64,000 nucleotides of DNA from Pseudomonadota bacterium (GTDB taxonomy: Bacteria; Bdellovibrionota_F; JAHFAK01; JBDREC01). The DNA is taken from contig JBDREC010000041.1 of assembly GCA_043820105.1 (NCBI GenBank), positions 1 to 64,000 of the forward strand, given 5' to 3'. Position 1 is the stretch's first letter; each line of letters begins with the position of its first letter. The notes beneath the pieces were generated by a model. The model was given only the letters and a program-made list of their open reading frames with translations, ran no database searches and was not told where the DNA came from. A program made the position numbers and the translations under genes. Below, in pieces: positions 1 through 10,109 of the stretch.

Positions 1-166
1 ATACCGAATACTGAATACTGAATACCGAATACTGAATACTGAATACCGAATACTGAATACTGAATACCGAATACTGAATACTGAATACCGAATACTGAAT
101 ACTGAATACCGAATACTGAATACTGAATACCGAATACTGAATACTGAATACTGAACACTGAATACC
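1..166. repeat. Heptamer tandem repeat (ATACTGA/ATACCGA) with 21-bp higher-order period; runs off the window start
   Basis: Direct reading: (ATACCGA ATACTGA ATACTGA)n, about 23 units, ending about 10 bp from the stop of the 176..1852 gene. Confidence 0.97.
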
Positions 167-175
167 ATTCCCTTC

Positions 176-1852
176 TTACCCACATCCACCACTACTTGGA
201 GCGACATAAGTAAACTCAGCTTCTACTGAAGCGCTCGGTGCAGTATCTTTTGTATATCCTTCTGACCCAGATAATGCTGGAAATGCTCCAGCTTCTGTTG
301 TTAAATTTATTTCATTACTTGCATCATCTATTATGGTAATACCCTTAGTTGTTTTTCCAAGTTCAACTGTAACTTCTAAAGCATTTTCAGGAAAGGCAAT
401 TCTTTCTCCACTAGTATAAGTAAATGAAATATCATTTAAAATTTCAGCTGTAAAAGATGTATCTGCATCAACAAAAATTCCACCTAAATTTGCACCTCTT
501 AAATCAGAGATTTCTTCTTCGCCATTAATGGCTTGAGCTATTATATTATAAGTTCCAGGTAAAACTCCATAAATTGTAAACTTACCATCACTTGTATCTT
601 CTCCATCATTATGACCAGAAATAGATCCCACAGCTTCTGAAGTTAAAGTATTTACAGCGATCACTGAAATCCCAAAAATCCCGAGGCCGTCAGCATCTTG
701 AACATATCCTTCAATGGCACCAAAATAATCTTCTACATTATTAGCAGGATATAAGGCCGTTACCGCTGCTTTGTCATCTGCCTCTATAGTCTTTCCTAAA
801 GAATCATCTTCTGGAAAAACGGAATAGAAAAGTGTGGGTAAAATAATATCAGCCAGCAAAGTATCAGTTACAGTTGTGTGACCAACACCAATAAAATGAC
901 CAAGCTCATGAGCTATGGCTGCTTCTAAGATTCCAATTACTGGTGGATTTTTCATATTTAAAATAAGAAATGCATCTATAATTTCACACGTTGAATCATC
1001 TATAATTGGATAACCAACACCAATTACAGAGTCAGGGTCACCTCCAAAAAGGTTGTAAACAATATCTCCGGTTTTATCAAAAATAATCTCATGTCTTTCA
1101 ATCGTCTCTTGTGTTCCTTGCATTCTTGGCAAATAAATGGAATTATAATCAATAGAACCGGTTTCTGAAATACTATCATAAGAAATAGGATTTTCAGTTT
1201 CACCCATGAATTCAAAAGCAAAATAAGATGTACTTACAGATTGCCACTGATTAAACATATTATGAATTGATAAAGGCAAATCATCATAATCAAAATCAAG
1301 TGCATCACGATCCATGTATATCTCAACGGGTATACTGGAGTAAGGCCAGTGTGCAACACCTATCTCAGAATCACAGTCATATGTAAAAAGACTATAAGCT
1401 TTACCTAATTTTTCTTTTTTATTTTTTTGTAATTTTAAATTTGGCTGCTTACTTATTAATTCAATTCCTTGATTATAACCAAGAATAGTATAAAAAGATA
1501 AATCATTTTTATCAGTAAGAAATAGTTTATAAACTGATTCTTGGGTAATATTTGGAAGGTCGTAATTTCTAACAGTGATTCCATTTAAACTGCCACCAAG
1601 ATAGCGAATTGAAAAACCTTCACTTTCATTAAGGCTTCCTTTTAATTTTTTGGTCACAGTAAAATCAAAGCTTGTAAAAATTAAACTGCCCTCAGAATAG
1701 ATATTTTTATTTTCACATCTGGCGTGAACAATATTTGAAGCCTTCTCAAAAAGCTCAGAGGATTCATAGCTTAACTTAAAAACAGGAAAGATCTTAAAGG
1801 AAAATAAAACAAGCGTAATTATTACTGTTAACAAAAGCGTTCTATAAAACAT
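176..1852 (-). CDS. Secreted zinc metalloprotease (matrixin/M10-like) with a carboxypeptidase-regulatory-like beta domain
   Basis: N-terminal hydrophobic signal; HELGHFIGVGH (HExxHxxGxxH); later GAIEGYV..DGKFTIYGVLPGTYNI segment; ends SSGGCG*. Confidence 0.8.
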   Translation of the reverse strand: MFYRTLLLTVIITLVLFSFKIFPVFKLSYESSELFEKASNIVHARCENKNIYSEGSLIFTSFDFTVTKKLKGSLNESEGFSIRYLGGSLNGITVRNYDLPNITQESVYKLFLTDKNDLSFYTILGYNQGIELISKQPNLKLQKNKKEKLGKAYSLFTYDCDSEIGVAHWPYSSIPVEIYMDRDALDFDYDDLPLSIHNMFNQWQSVSTSYFAFEFMGETENPISYDSISETGSIDYNSIYLPRMQGTQETIERHEIIFDKTGDIVYNLFGGDPDSVIGVGYPIIDDSTCEIIDAFLILNMKNPPVIGILEAAIAHELGHFIGVGHTTVTDTLLADIILPTLFYSVFPEDDSLGKTIEADDKAAVTALYPANNVEDYFGAIEGYVQDADGLGIFGISVIAVNTLTSEAVGSISGHNDGEDTSDGKFTIYGVLPGTYNIIAQAINGEEEISDLRGANLGGIFVDADTSFTAEILNDISFTYTSGERIAFPENALEVTVELGKTTKGITIIDDASNEINLTTEAGAFPALSGSEGYTKDTAPSASVEAEFTYVAPSSGGCG

Positions 1853-2083
1853 TTATTTATTTCTGTATTAGTTAATAAGTAAAAAAAGTTTAACAAATTA
1901 GATTTTGTCTAGCAATAGTTAAATACAAAAGATATTTAAGGAATATATGAGAAACTATAGATATCTCCTGGGACATTTGATACTCAACTAATGAGGATAT
2001 TTATCCTTTAATAACACTAAGAGCTCACAGCCCTGCGGGCATATGTTTTTGATATCATTAACCAATGCAAAAGCAACCCACAG

Positions 2084-2100
2084 TGGCACGATTTGTGCAT
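2084..2100 (+). promoter_or_regulatory. Sigma-54 (-24/-12) promoter
   Basis: TGGCACGATTTGTGCAT: GG-N10-GC, about 50 bp upstream of GGAG + ATG at 2150. Confidence 0.7.
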
Positions 2101-2149
2101 AGCGTTATCAGCAACCATGTTATTAAAACATTCACTATTGGAGAAAAAA

Positions 2150-2326
2150 ATGTGTAGTAATAAATATTGCCCTATCTACAAACAATGCGACAAACATGCA
2201 ATTCAAGTTAAAGTTTGCATGGAAAGTAAAAAAGAAGAAGATTTTGAAATTGCAGACATTAGCAAAGAATTAGGTCTATCAGAAATATTTGAAGATTTTA
2301 TTTCTGAAACACTAGAAGATTTATAA
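2150..2326 (+). CDS. Small Cys-rich hypothetical protein (58 aa)
   Basis: GGAG RBS before ATG 2150 (start revised from 2093); MCSNKYCPIYKQC..C followed by an acidic tail. Confidence 0.6.
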   Translation: MCSNKYCPIYKQCDKHAIQVKVCMESKKEEDFEIADISKELGLSEIFEDFISETLEDL

Positions 2327-2462
2327 AAATCCTATATAAATTTTATTAATACAAGATTCCATATATTCTTTGAGCTTCTAAACAATTTAAATCTTATTGA
2401 AATTATTTACTTTATTTTCTATTATAATGGTTAATTATTTTTAATTATAATAGAGGTGGTCT

Positions 2463-3740
2463 TTGAAATTAATTAAAATAAAAGATCTTTTTCTTTTAAT
2501 ACTATTAATTACAGTACTAATAAACATCAACCTGGTATTTTCTCAAGTGCCAAACAAAATTTATAATAATCCGACCAATGATATTGTAAAAATAGCTGAT
2601 GAAGCTTATGAAAAAAAAGATTATTTAAAAGCAAACTCCCTTTATCAAAAATATCTTATTAATGATCCTAAGAATGCTGTTGTCCGCTTAAAGCTTGCTC
2701 GCACAATTATCAAACAAGGCTCATATATGTTAGCAGAAACACATTTGAAAAATCTATTAACAGACAATCCAGATTACACAGATGCTGTTTTGGAACTTGG
2801 AAAATTATTAGAATGGGAAAAAAAGCTTCCTGAAATGTACGAGTTATATAAACAACACACAAGTACTTATCCGCAAGCTCATAAAATTTATATTGCACTT
2901 GGTGATTATTATAGAAATCGTGGCAATTTAAAATTAGCAAAAGAATACTATAAGCTATCCCTTGAAATTGAAGAAAACCCAACAATAAGAGCTTATTTAA
3001 AAGAAGAAATAAAGCAAAGTGAAAAGATTGTTGATATTAGCTTTTTATTTAGGAATGAAAATTTTACTGAAACAAGTGACAGAAGAACAAAAACTTTAGA
3101 AACAAAATTTCACCTTACCAAAAAAGCTGACCTAAGTTTTGCGGCTTCCTTTGTTGAATTCGGTGAAAATCAAGATGCATATATTATGCTTGCTAGCAAT
3201 TTCACCCTAATAAAAGATTCTACAGATTTTGGATTTATTTTGGGTAAGGGTTTTAATGAAGATTTATATTTCGATATCATAAGCTCAATTTACTTTAATC
3301 AAAAAATCTTTAATTTTCTTGATTTTAAGATTTCAATTTTATTTGAAACATTTGAGAATGCGAATTGTCTTGGATTTAAGCCTGAGTTTATATACCTTCC
3401 AACAAATTATCTTTCTTTTGCTTTTGGATATTTCCAGGCTAACACATTTTATACAGTTACATCAGATACCCTTGAAAATACAACTACACACTCTATAACA
3501 CTTAATAGTTATTATAAGTGGAAGGTCTGGGATTTTGGCTTATTACTAGCAATGGGCAATGAAGCCTTGCCAATCATTTATATTGAGGAAATCGGTAATT
3601 ATACAGCTTATATGGGAGGGGGCAAAGTCACATTAAGTCCTCATAAGCACTTCAGTTTGAGCTTAGAACTTGATTATCAACTGAGAGAGGCTATGGCTAA
3701 TAAGTTTAACAGCTTATTTAGTGTTAGTTTTAAGCTTTAA
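2463..3740 (+). CDS. TPR-repeat protein with a C-terminal outer-membrane beta-barrel (YaiO-like architecture)
   Basis: Signal peptide, TPR-like helices (aa ~40-175), alternating hydrophobic beta strands, C-terminus SVSFKL. Confidence 0.65.
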   Translation: MKLIKIKDLFLLILLITVLININLVFSQVPNKIYNNPTNDIVKIADEAYEKKDYLKANSLYQKYLINDPKNAVVRLKLARTIIKQGSYMLAETHLKNLLTDNPDYTDAVLELGKLLEWEKKLPEMYELYKQHTSTYPQAHKIYIALGDYYRNRGNLKLAKEYYKLSLEIEENPTIRAYLKEEIKQSEKIVDISFLFRNENFTETSDRRTKTLETKFHLTKKADLSFAASFVEFGENQDAYIMLASNFTLIKDSTDFGFILGKGFNEDLYFDIISSIYFNQKIFNFLDFKISILFETFENANCLGFKPEFIYLPTNYLSFAFGYFQANTFYTVTSDTLENTTTHSITLNSYYKWKVWDFGLLLAMGNEALPIIYIEEIGNYTAYMGGGKVTLSPHKHFSLSLELDYQLREAMANKFNSLFSVSFKL

Positions 3741-3778
3741 AAGGGAACAAGAGCGCAGGAGCGCAAGGGAACAGGCAG
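3741..3778 (+). repeat. Degenerate 8-mer repeat (GGGAACAA/GAGCGCAG family)
   Basis: AAGGGAACAAGAGCGCAGGAGCGCAAGGGAACAGG directly after the stop codon. Confidence 0.6.
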
Positions 3779-3786
3779 ATGAGTGA

Positions 3787-4989
3787 TTAGTTTTTAAGAT
3801 TTTCAGATTTTGGGAGTTTGATTTTAAAGTGTGAACCTTTTTTAACTTCACTTTCTAATTCAATTTTACCATTATGAAGATTAGCAGCTAGCTTTGCAAT
3901 TGACAAACCAATTCCAAGACCACCTGATCCAAATTCATATTTACCTGAATAATGCATTTCAACATCAGCTACTTCATAGAAATAATCAAAAATAAGATTT
4001 TGATCTTTTTTATCAATACCAATTCCATTATCAATAACTCCAAATTCGATTTGGTCGCCAGCGTCCTTACAGTAGATAGTTATTTCACCTTTATCCTGAG
4101 TAAATTTGATTGCATTAAAACAAAGCTGGACCAGTGCTTGATACATTTTTGTTTCATTAATAAATAAATTTTCGATATTGTCAGATTTAACTATCAATTT
4201 ATGGCTTCTAAGCTTAACATAGGGAAATATTTCTTTCTTAATATCCTCTAGCAAAACCTTGGCACTAACTTGCTTTCTTTGAATTTGAATATCAACTTCT
4301 TTTGAATCTGATAATAAAAGAATGTTTCCAACCAAGGTTTCAAGTTTTTCACTATTTCTAAATATAATATTCAAAAACTCTTTAACAAGGGGATCCTTGA
4401 AATCATCATCTTGATCCATAACCATTTGCACAGCATTTAAAATAGAATTTAAAGGAGTTTTAAGTTCATGACTAGCCAAGTTAATAAATTTTGTTTTCAT
4501 TTCATCAAGCCGTCTAAGTTTTTTATTCACGTCATTAAGTTCACGATTCTTCAAAGCCATATCTTTAAAATATTTCTCATTGAAATCGCGAAATCTTAAT
4601 GAAAATTCCTCAAACATCTTGCGAAAAATTGAAGGATCTTTATCTATAGTAGCAAAAAGATCCTTTCTTGTAAGTTTTAATAAATCAACTTCTTCAAGGG
4701 CAACAACTGAGGCTGATCGTGGTTTTTTGTCAAATAAAGACATTTCACCAAAAAAATCCCCTTGCTGCTGCATTGTAGTTAGCTTTATCTTTTCATAATC
4801 CTCATTACTTTTATAAATCCCAACAGAACCATTTACAAGTATGTACATGACATTACCAATGTCACCCTCATTAAAGATAAGATGATCCTTAGGAAACGAT
4901 TCTTTTTTTATTACTTTTTCAATAATAGATATTTCGTGATCATCAAAGCTCTGGAAAATTGGGATTTTTAAAAGTATATCTTTTATCAT
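3787..4989 (-). CDS. Cytoplasmic histidine kinase with an N-terminal cyclic-nucleotide-binding domain
   Basis: cNMP motif FFGEMSLFDKKPRSASV; H-box SHELKTPL; NAIKFT; DNGIGI; GGLGIGLSI. Confidence 0.92.
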   Translation of the reverse strand: MIKDILLKIPIFQSFDDHEISIIEKVIKKESFPKDHLIFNEGDIGNVMYILVNGSVGIYKSNEDYEKIKLTTMQQQGDFFGEMSLFDKKPRSASVVALEEVDLLKLTRKDLFATIDKDPSIFRKMFEEFSLRFRDFNEKYFKDMALKNRELNDVNKKLRRLDEMKTKFINLASHELKTPLNSILNAVQMVMDQDDDFKDPLVKEFLNIIFRNSEKLETLVGNILLLSDSKEVDIQIQRKQVSAKVLLEDIKKEIFPYVKLRSHKLIVKSDNIENLFINETKMYQALVQLCFNAIKFTQDKGEITIYCKDAGDQIEFGVIDNGIGIDKKDQNLIFDYFYEVADVEMHYSGKYEFGSGGLGIGLSIAKLAANLHNGKIELESEVKKGSHFKIKLPKSENLKN

Positions 4990-5024
4990 TAATCTTTTAA
5001 CCCTAATTTAAGGATAAGGAAAAA

Positions 5025-5612
5025 CTAGAAACTATCGATTCCCCCAAGTTTTTTTTCAAGATTGTCAATTTTTGTTGTTAAGCTTGTGATTTTTTCCTCA
5101 ATTTCACCAAGTTTTGAAGCCTTTTTCAAAGTATCAGTGATTTTGTCACCAAGTCTTTTTTCAAGAAGGATCATATTTTTTTCAGCTGCTGTATTGAGCT
5201 CTTTTACGATTGCTTTTCCTTCACCTTTTGTGATGTCACCTTTTTTAACTAATCTATCAATATAACGTTCTGTATCAACTCTGGAAGTTGTAACGTTATT
5301 CATTCCTGTAACAACAAATTTTTGTAAAAATTCATATAAAGAGCCACTACCGCTTTGAATAATATTTTTCAACATGGTCAAAGGCAAAATTGATTTTTTG
5401 AATTTTTCTTGATCATAAAGAATTTGAGTTAAAATAATGGCTGTCACATCACCCTTGGTTTGGTTATCAATTACCAGAATTTCTTCACCTTTTTTAATCA
5501 TAATAGCAATGTCATCAAGAGTAACATATTTTGAGTCTTTGGTGTCATAAAGTTTTCTGTTTTGGTATTTTTTAATTATTCTTTTGTTTGGATCTAATTC
5601 TTTGTTTGACAT
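5025..5612 (-). CDS. phaR: PHA synthesis regulator PhaR-like DNA-binding protein with a phasin-like C-terminal half
   Basis: RIIKKYQNRKLYDT..YVTLDDIA..ILTQIL N-terminal domain; helical C-terminus IDRLVKKGDITKGEG. Confidence 0.8.
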   Translation of the reverse strand: MSNKELDPNKRIIKKYQNRKLYDTKDSKYVTLDDIAIMIKKGEEILVIDNQTKGDVTAIILTQILYDQEKFKKSILPLTMLKNIIQSGSGSLYEFLQKFVVTGMNNVTTSRVDTERYIDRLVKKGDITKGEGKAIVKELNTAAEKNMILLEKRLGDKITDTLKKASKLGEIEEKITSLTTKIDNLEKKLGGIDSF

Positions 5613-5631
5613 AACTTACCTCTTTTATTTG

Positions 5632-5670
5632 TGCGTCATAAAAATAATGACGCAAGATAACGCGCGTTAT
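5632..5670. promoter_or_regulatory. Inverted repeats upstream of phaR (candidate operator)
   Basis: TGCGTCAT-N7-ATGACGCA (5632-5654) and palindrome ATAACGCGCGTTAT (5657-5670). Confidence 0.45.
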
Positions 5671-5899
5671 GCTGATTGTCAAGGGGAAAGGTCACCAGTA
5701 ACCAGTCAAATTTTATATAGACCGCTTGTCAATCTTGTTTTGAGCCTTTCTATATACTTTAACCTAATTTTCTTCCCTGGCGCTCTGGTGCTCTGGTGCT
5801 CTTTTTCTTTTCCGTATTAACGGTCTATATTTCTACTTGACTACATTTCCCAATACAAGTTTACTATCTTTGTTATTTACTTAAGTACAAAGCAAAACA

Positions 5900-7369
5900 A
5901 TGGAAAAAGATATTCAAAAAATTATAGCCACAAAAATCCCAATAGTCTATACCCTATCCTGGGAAGAAGAGCGTGTTGAAAATACGGTTAAAAACATTAG
6001 TCAATCAGGTTTTAAACAAGCTTTAAAATTCATAACCTGGAGCTCAACACTTGGTTTTTCTGAAACTTTTGATGGTGCTGAAAACACTAAAGATCCTGTT
6101 GAAGCACTTATACAAATTGCCAGTTGTCAAGAAATCACTATATTTGTTTTTAAAGACCCGCATCCATATATGCAAGATCCAAGGTTTGTTCGAGCTATAA
6201 AAGATGTATATATTGCCTTTAAAAACTCTTATAAAACCTTATTTTTTATATCCCCTATTCTTGCCATACCTTCTGAGATTTCTAAAGAAATTAGTTTGCT
6301 GGAATTTGCACTTCCTCAATATAATGAACTAGAAAAGACCCTGGATCTGGTTCTTAAAGTAAGAAAAGATGCAAAAATAGTATTAAATGAAGATGATAAA
6401 GATAAGATGGTAAAAGCTGTTTTGGGCTTAACTTTAGATGAAGCTTTAAACGCTTATAATATGGCTTTTTGGAACAAGACCAAAATTGATACAAGTTTGA
6501 TTCCAGCTGTTTATGAAAGAAAAACTCAGATTATTAAAAAAGAAGGTATCTTAGAATTTGTTCCAATAGAAAAGGACATGACTCATGTTGGAGGACTTGA
6601 AAATTTAAAAGCTTGGCTGGAGGTGAGATCTAAATTTTTCTCAAGACAGGCTGATGACTTTGGTCTACAATCCCCCAAAGGTCTTTTAATGACAGGAATC
6701 TCTGGCTGCGGAAAATCCCTTGCAGTTAAAGCCATAGCAGGTATGTGGGGAGTCGCATTACTACGTCTTGATATGAACCTTGTTTATAGCGGTGCCATGA
6801 GCTCACCAGAAGAATCTATGAGAAGAGCTTTAAAAACCGCTGAAGCTGTTGCTCCATGTGTTTTATGGATAGATGAAATTGAAATGGGTCTTGCCTGGGT
6901 TTCTGAAGGATCTGAGTCAGGTGTTACAGCTAGACTTTACTCAACCTTTTTAACCTGGATGCAGGAAAATCAAAGCTCTGTATTCATTGCAGCAACAGCC
7001 AATGAAATTGATCGTTTGCCCCCAGAACTTTTAAGAAAAGGAAGATTCGATGAAATATTCTTTGTTGATCTTCCGTCAATAAATGAAAGAATTGAAATTC
7101 TTAACATCCATCTTCGAAACAGAAAAAATGACCCTTCTAAATTCAATGTAGAAATGCTAGCCAAGTCTTGTGAAGGTTATAATGGAGCAGAATTAGAACA
7201 ATGCGTAGTCTCATCAATGTACAAAGCCTATGGAGAAGCACGCAAAGTCAATGAAAATGATATGCTAACAGCAATATCAGAAATGATTCCACTTTCAAAA
7301 ACAATGTCAGAAGCAATAAAAGAAATAAAACGCTGGGCAGATGATAGAGCTGTAAAAGCATCAAGATAA
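5900..7369 (+). CDS. AAA+ ATPase, Ycf46-like
   Basis: Walker A GISGCGKS; Walker B LWIDEIE; ATAN; LPPELLRKGRFDEIFFVDLP; degenerate N-terminal AAA module. Confidence 0.88.
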   Translation: MEKDIQKIIATKIPIVYTLSWEEERVENTVKNISQSGFKQALKFITWSSTLGFSETFDGAENTKDPVEALIQIASCQEITIFVFKDPHPYMQDPRFVRAIKDVYIAFKNSYKTLFFISPILAIPSEISKEISLLEFALPQYNELEKTLDLVLKVRKDAKIVLNEDDKDKMVKAVLGLTLDEALNAYNMAFWNKTKIDTSLIPAVYERKTQIIKKEGILEFVPIEKDMTHVGGLENLKAWLEVRSKFFSRQADDFGLQSPKGLLMTGISGCGKSLAVKAIAGMWGVALLRLDMNLVYSGAMSSPEESMRRALKTAEAVAPCVLWIDEIEMGLAWVSEGSESGVTARLYSTFLTWMQENQSSVFIAATANEIDRLPPELLRKGRFDEIFFVDLPSINERIEILNIHLRNRKNDPSKFNVEMLAKSCEGYNGAELEQCVVSSMYKAYGEARKVNENDMLTAISEMIPLSKTMSEAIKEIKRWADDRAVKASR

Positions 7370-7374
7370 GAATA

Positions 7375-7451
7375 AAGATTAAGATTAAGATTAAGATTAA
7401 GATTAAGATTTAAATTAATTGTTAATTGTTAATTATTAATTATTGATTATT
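7375..7451 (+). repeat. (AAGATT)x6 followed by (TTAATTG/TTAATTA)n
   Basis: Direct reading, just after the AAA ATPase stop. Confidence 0.9.
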
Positions 7452-7474
7452 TTTAAAATTTCCAATTTAAGACT

Positions 7475-7561
7475 CCACTTACCACTTACCACTTACCACT
7501 TACCACTTACCACTTACCACTTACGACTTACCACTTACGACTTACCACTTACGACTTACCC
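7475..7561 (-). repeat. Heptamer repeat (TAAGTGG/TAAGTCG on the minus strand), about 12 units
   Basis: CCACTTA/CGACTTA units on +, abutting the gspD stop. Confidence 0.95.
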
Positions 7562-7562
7562 C

Positions 7563-9746
7563 TTATTCCCCAACTTCCACTTCATACGTACTTATCCCAT
7601 CACTAGAATCCGAAAAATAGTTTTCTGCGTTATTTGAATTATTTGCATTTCCGGTTTTTGATTCAGAGCCATAGTTAATAACGATTCCAGCTGGGTGGGT
7701 GTCTGCTTTGTTAGACCCAACCCAGTCATCAACTTCAATGTCCATTTTCTGGTACATTTTATTTCTATCTTCTAAAGTTGCTTTTGTGAGATCGGAAATA
7801 TCTTTTGAGTCTTCAAGTACTGTGGGTGTAATAAATATAATAAGGTTAACTTTTGATTTTCTTTCATATTTATGCTTAAATAAATAACCAAGCACTGGAA
7901 TGTCACCAAGAATAGGAGTCTTTGAAACTGTTGTTTCAACCTTATCAGAAATAATCCCACCAATAGCAATCGTCTCACCGCTATTCGCCATAGCAATTGT
8001 TTTTGTATCTCTTTTTGTAAACATGTGTCTTCCACTAATTTTATCCTGACCAGCAGAATCTCTAATATTTTGTTCTATTTCCATTGTTACTTCACTTGAA
8101 TTATTAACCTTTGGCTTTATTTTAAGCATTAAGGTAACATCTTGTTTTTCATAAGTTGGCACGGCTTTTTCATTAGCATTAGTAGGACTAGTAGCCCCAA
8201 CTTGCACATAAACTTCTTTACCAATGTTAATTGTTGCTTCATTGTTATCTAAAGTTGTAATATTGGGTTTTTGTAAAAGTTTAACATCTGTAACACCTTG
8301 GCTAGCATTAAACAAGGCACCAATAGCTGGAAGGCTAAAACCTGAACCAAGTTCAATCGGGGCTGTAGTTAATCCAAGAATCAATCCTGATAATCCCGCT
8401 GCTTTAGATGGATCTATTGAGCCTGGTTCATGCTGAGAACCACCAAAAACTCCATAACCATTTGCATCATATCCACCATGACCCGAAGCACCAAGTTTAA
8501 AATTATCATCAGTCGAAACTTCCATTATAGCCGCAGCAATATTAACCTGCTTCCTCTTCTTATCCAATTCCATTATAATAGGAATAATTTCATCATATCC
8601 TTGTTGTGTAGCAACAATAATTAATGAATTTGTTGGTTCATCAGCTGTAACCTTTATATCTTCTCCACCGATTTTTGATCCACCACTTGGATTTGGGGCA
8701 GTATAACTGGATGCTCCATATTTGCTGCTTGTGCCATATCTGCTTTTATAAGATTTTGTTGAAGATAATATTGATGATAAAACTTCTGACACCTTAACTG
8801 CTTCTGTGTGTTCTAAATGATAAAAGAAAGGTTTTACAGCGTTTTGGTCATTTGTTAGATCTGTATCAAGTTTCTTTATAAGGTTTTGCACCTCAATAAG
8901 TCCTTTTTCAGTTGCTTTAACTATAATTGAATTTGTTCTTTCATCTGCTATTATGCTGGTTATAGTCTTTTTCCTGGTATCAGAAAAAGTCGATGCTGTG
9001 CCTGTTTTTGCATATTTGCTGTATCTTGATGAATAGCTAGTGCTACTTGATGAAGAACTTGAAATATTTAAAAGTTGTGTGAGTTTTTCAGCAACCTGCT
9101 TAGCTGGTGCATATTTTAAGGTGATAAATTCCACTCTTTCTTCAAAACCTTCAACATCCAGGCTTGCTATAACTTTTCTAATTCTCTTAATATTACTTAT
9201 TGTATCAGTAATAATTAAAGTATTTGTCGGTGCATAAACTTCAATACCACCCTTTGAAACCATAGAAGTTATAGCTTCTTTTAATTTATTTGCATCAATA
9301 TATTTTACTTCTATCATTTGTGTTGCATAAGATTCATCAATTTTTACAATACCATCACTTGTACCAATGCTTGACTGCTGTTTAATTGTATCAACTTTAA
9401 CGATCTTTAAGAAATTACCAGAATCAATCACTGTTATTCCCTGCATATTAATGGCAGCTAAAAAAGCATTATAAGCTTCTTTAATTGTCACTTTTTTAGG
9501 GGAAATAAGTGTGATTCTTTTGCCAGAAACAGCTGGATCAATAATAATATTTTTATCAATCAAGACAGCTATTTGTTTTGCAACATCAACAATATCCTGA
9601 TCTGAAAAATCAAGATTCACCTTTTCCTCAGCTTGCTCTTTCTTAGCAGCACTTGGATCAAATAGTCTAGGCTCTGAAAACAAAGATGTGGATAACATTG
9701 CTATAAGAATTAAGTTGATTATTAAAATCTCCTTCAATTTGTACAT
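7563..9746 (-). CDS. gspD: Type II secretion system secretin GspD
   Basis: N0 domain (VNLDFSDQDI..IIIDPAVSGKRITLISP), N1-N3 repeats (ADERTNSIIV, ADEPTNSLII), secretin core (PNITTLDNNEATINIG, KTPILGDIPVLGYLFK, LIIFITPTV). Confidence 0.92.
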   Translation of the reverse strand: MYKLKEILIINLILIAMLSTSLFSEPRLFDPSAAKKEQAEEKVNLDFSDQDIVDVAKQIAVLIDKNIIIDPAVSGKRITLISPKKVTIKEAYNAFLAAINMQGITVIDSGNFLKIVKVDTIKQQSSIGTSDGIVKIDESYATQMIEVKYIDANKLKEAITSMVSKGGIEVYAPTNTLIITDTISNIKRIRKVIASLDVEGFEERVEFITLKYAPAKQVAEKLTQLLNISSSSSSSTSYSSRYSKYAKTGTASTFSDTRKKTITSIIADERTNSIIVKATEKGLIEVQNLIKKLDTDLTNDQNAVKPFFYHLEHTEAVKVSEVLSSILSSTKSYKSRYGTSSKYGASSYTAPNPSGGSKIGGEDIKVTADEPTNSLIIVATQQGYDEIIPIIMELDKKRKQVNIAAAIMEVSTDDNFKLGASGHGGYDANGYGVFGGSQHEPGSIDPSKAAGLSGLILGLTTAPIELGSGFSLPAIGALFNASQGVTDVKLLQKPNITTLDNNEATINIGKEVYVQVGATSPTNANEKAVPTYEKQDVTLMLKIKPKVNNSSEVTMEIEQNIRDSAGQDKISGRHMFTKRDTKTIAMANSGETIAIGGIISDKVETTVSKTPILGDIPVLGYLFKHKYERKSKVNLIIFITPTVLEDSKDISDLTKATLEDRNKMYQKMDIEVDDWVGSNKADTHPAGIVINYGSESKTGNANNSNNAENYFSDSSDGISTYEVEVGE

Positions 9747-9792
9747 TTTTTAACCCTTTAATATAAGTTTTTCTAATTCAGCTAAATATATA

Positions 9793-9809
9793 AGCAAAAA
9801 TAATGCCAA
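9793..9809 (-). promoter_or_regulatory. Sigma-54 promoter of gspD
   Basis: Minus strand TTGGCATTATTTTTGCT: GG-N10-GC, about 47 bp upstream of the start. Confidence 0.75.
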
Positions 9810-10109
9810 AGCCTGTAACATTAAATTAGTTCAATCATTTCATGTCACTGCGTCAACATGAAGCTTATTTTATTAATTTTTCAATGCCTATTCTTCAGCA
9901 TATGATTTTTTCGCCTCCTTGCTCTGTGCATAATAAGCTACTGATTTTATTTCATTAAGCTTTAATTAAAGCAAATTTTGTTCTTATCAATATAATGCTT
10001 AAAATCAGCACATACTAAATCAAGTAAATATTTTTACTTACTTGATTTATTTACATTATATAATTATATAATTAATTAATATAAATTACTAGGTATAAAA
10101 TTCTAACAC

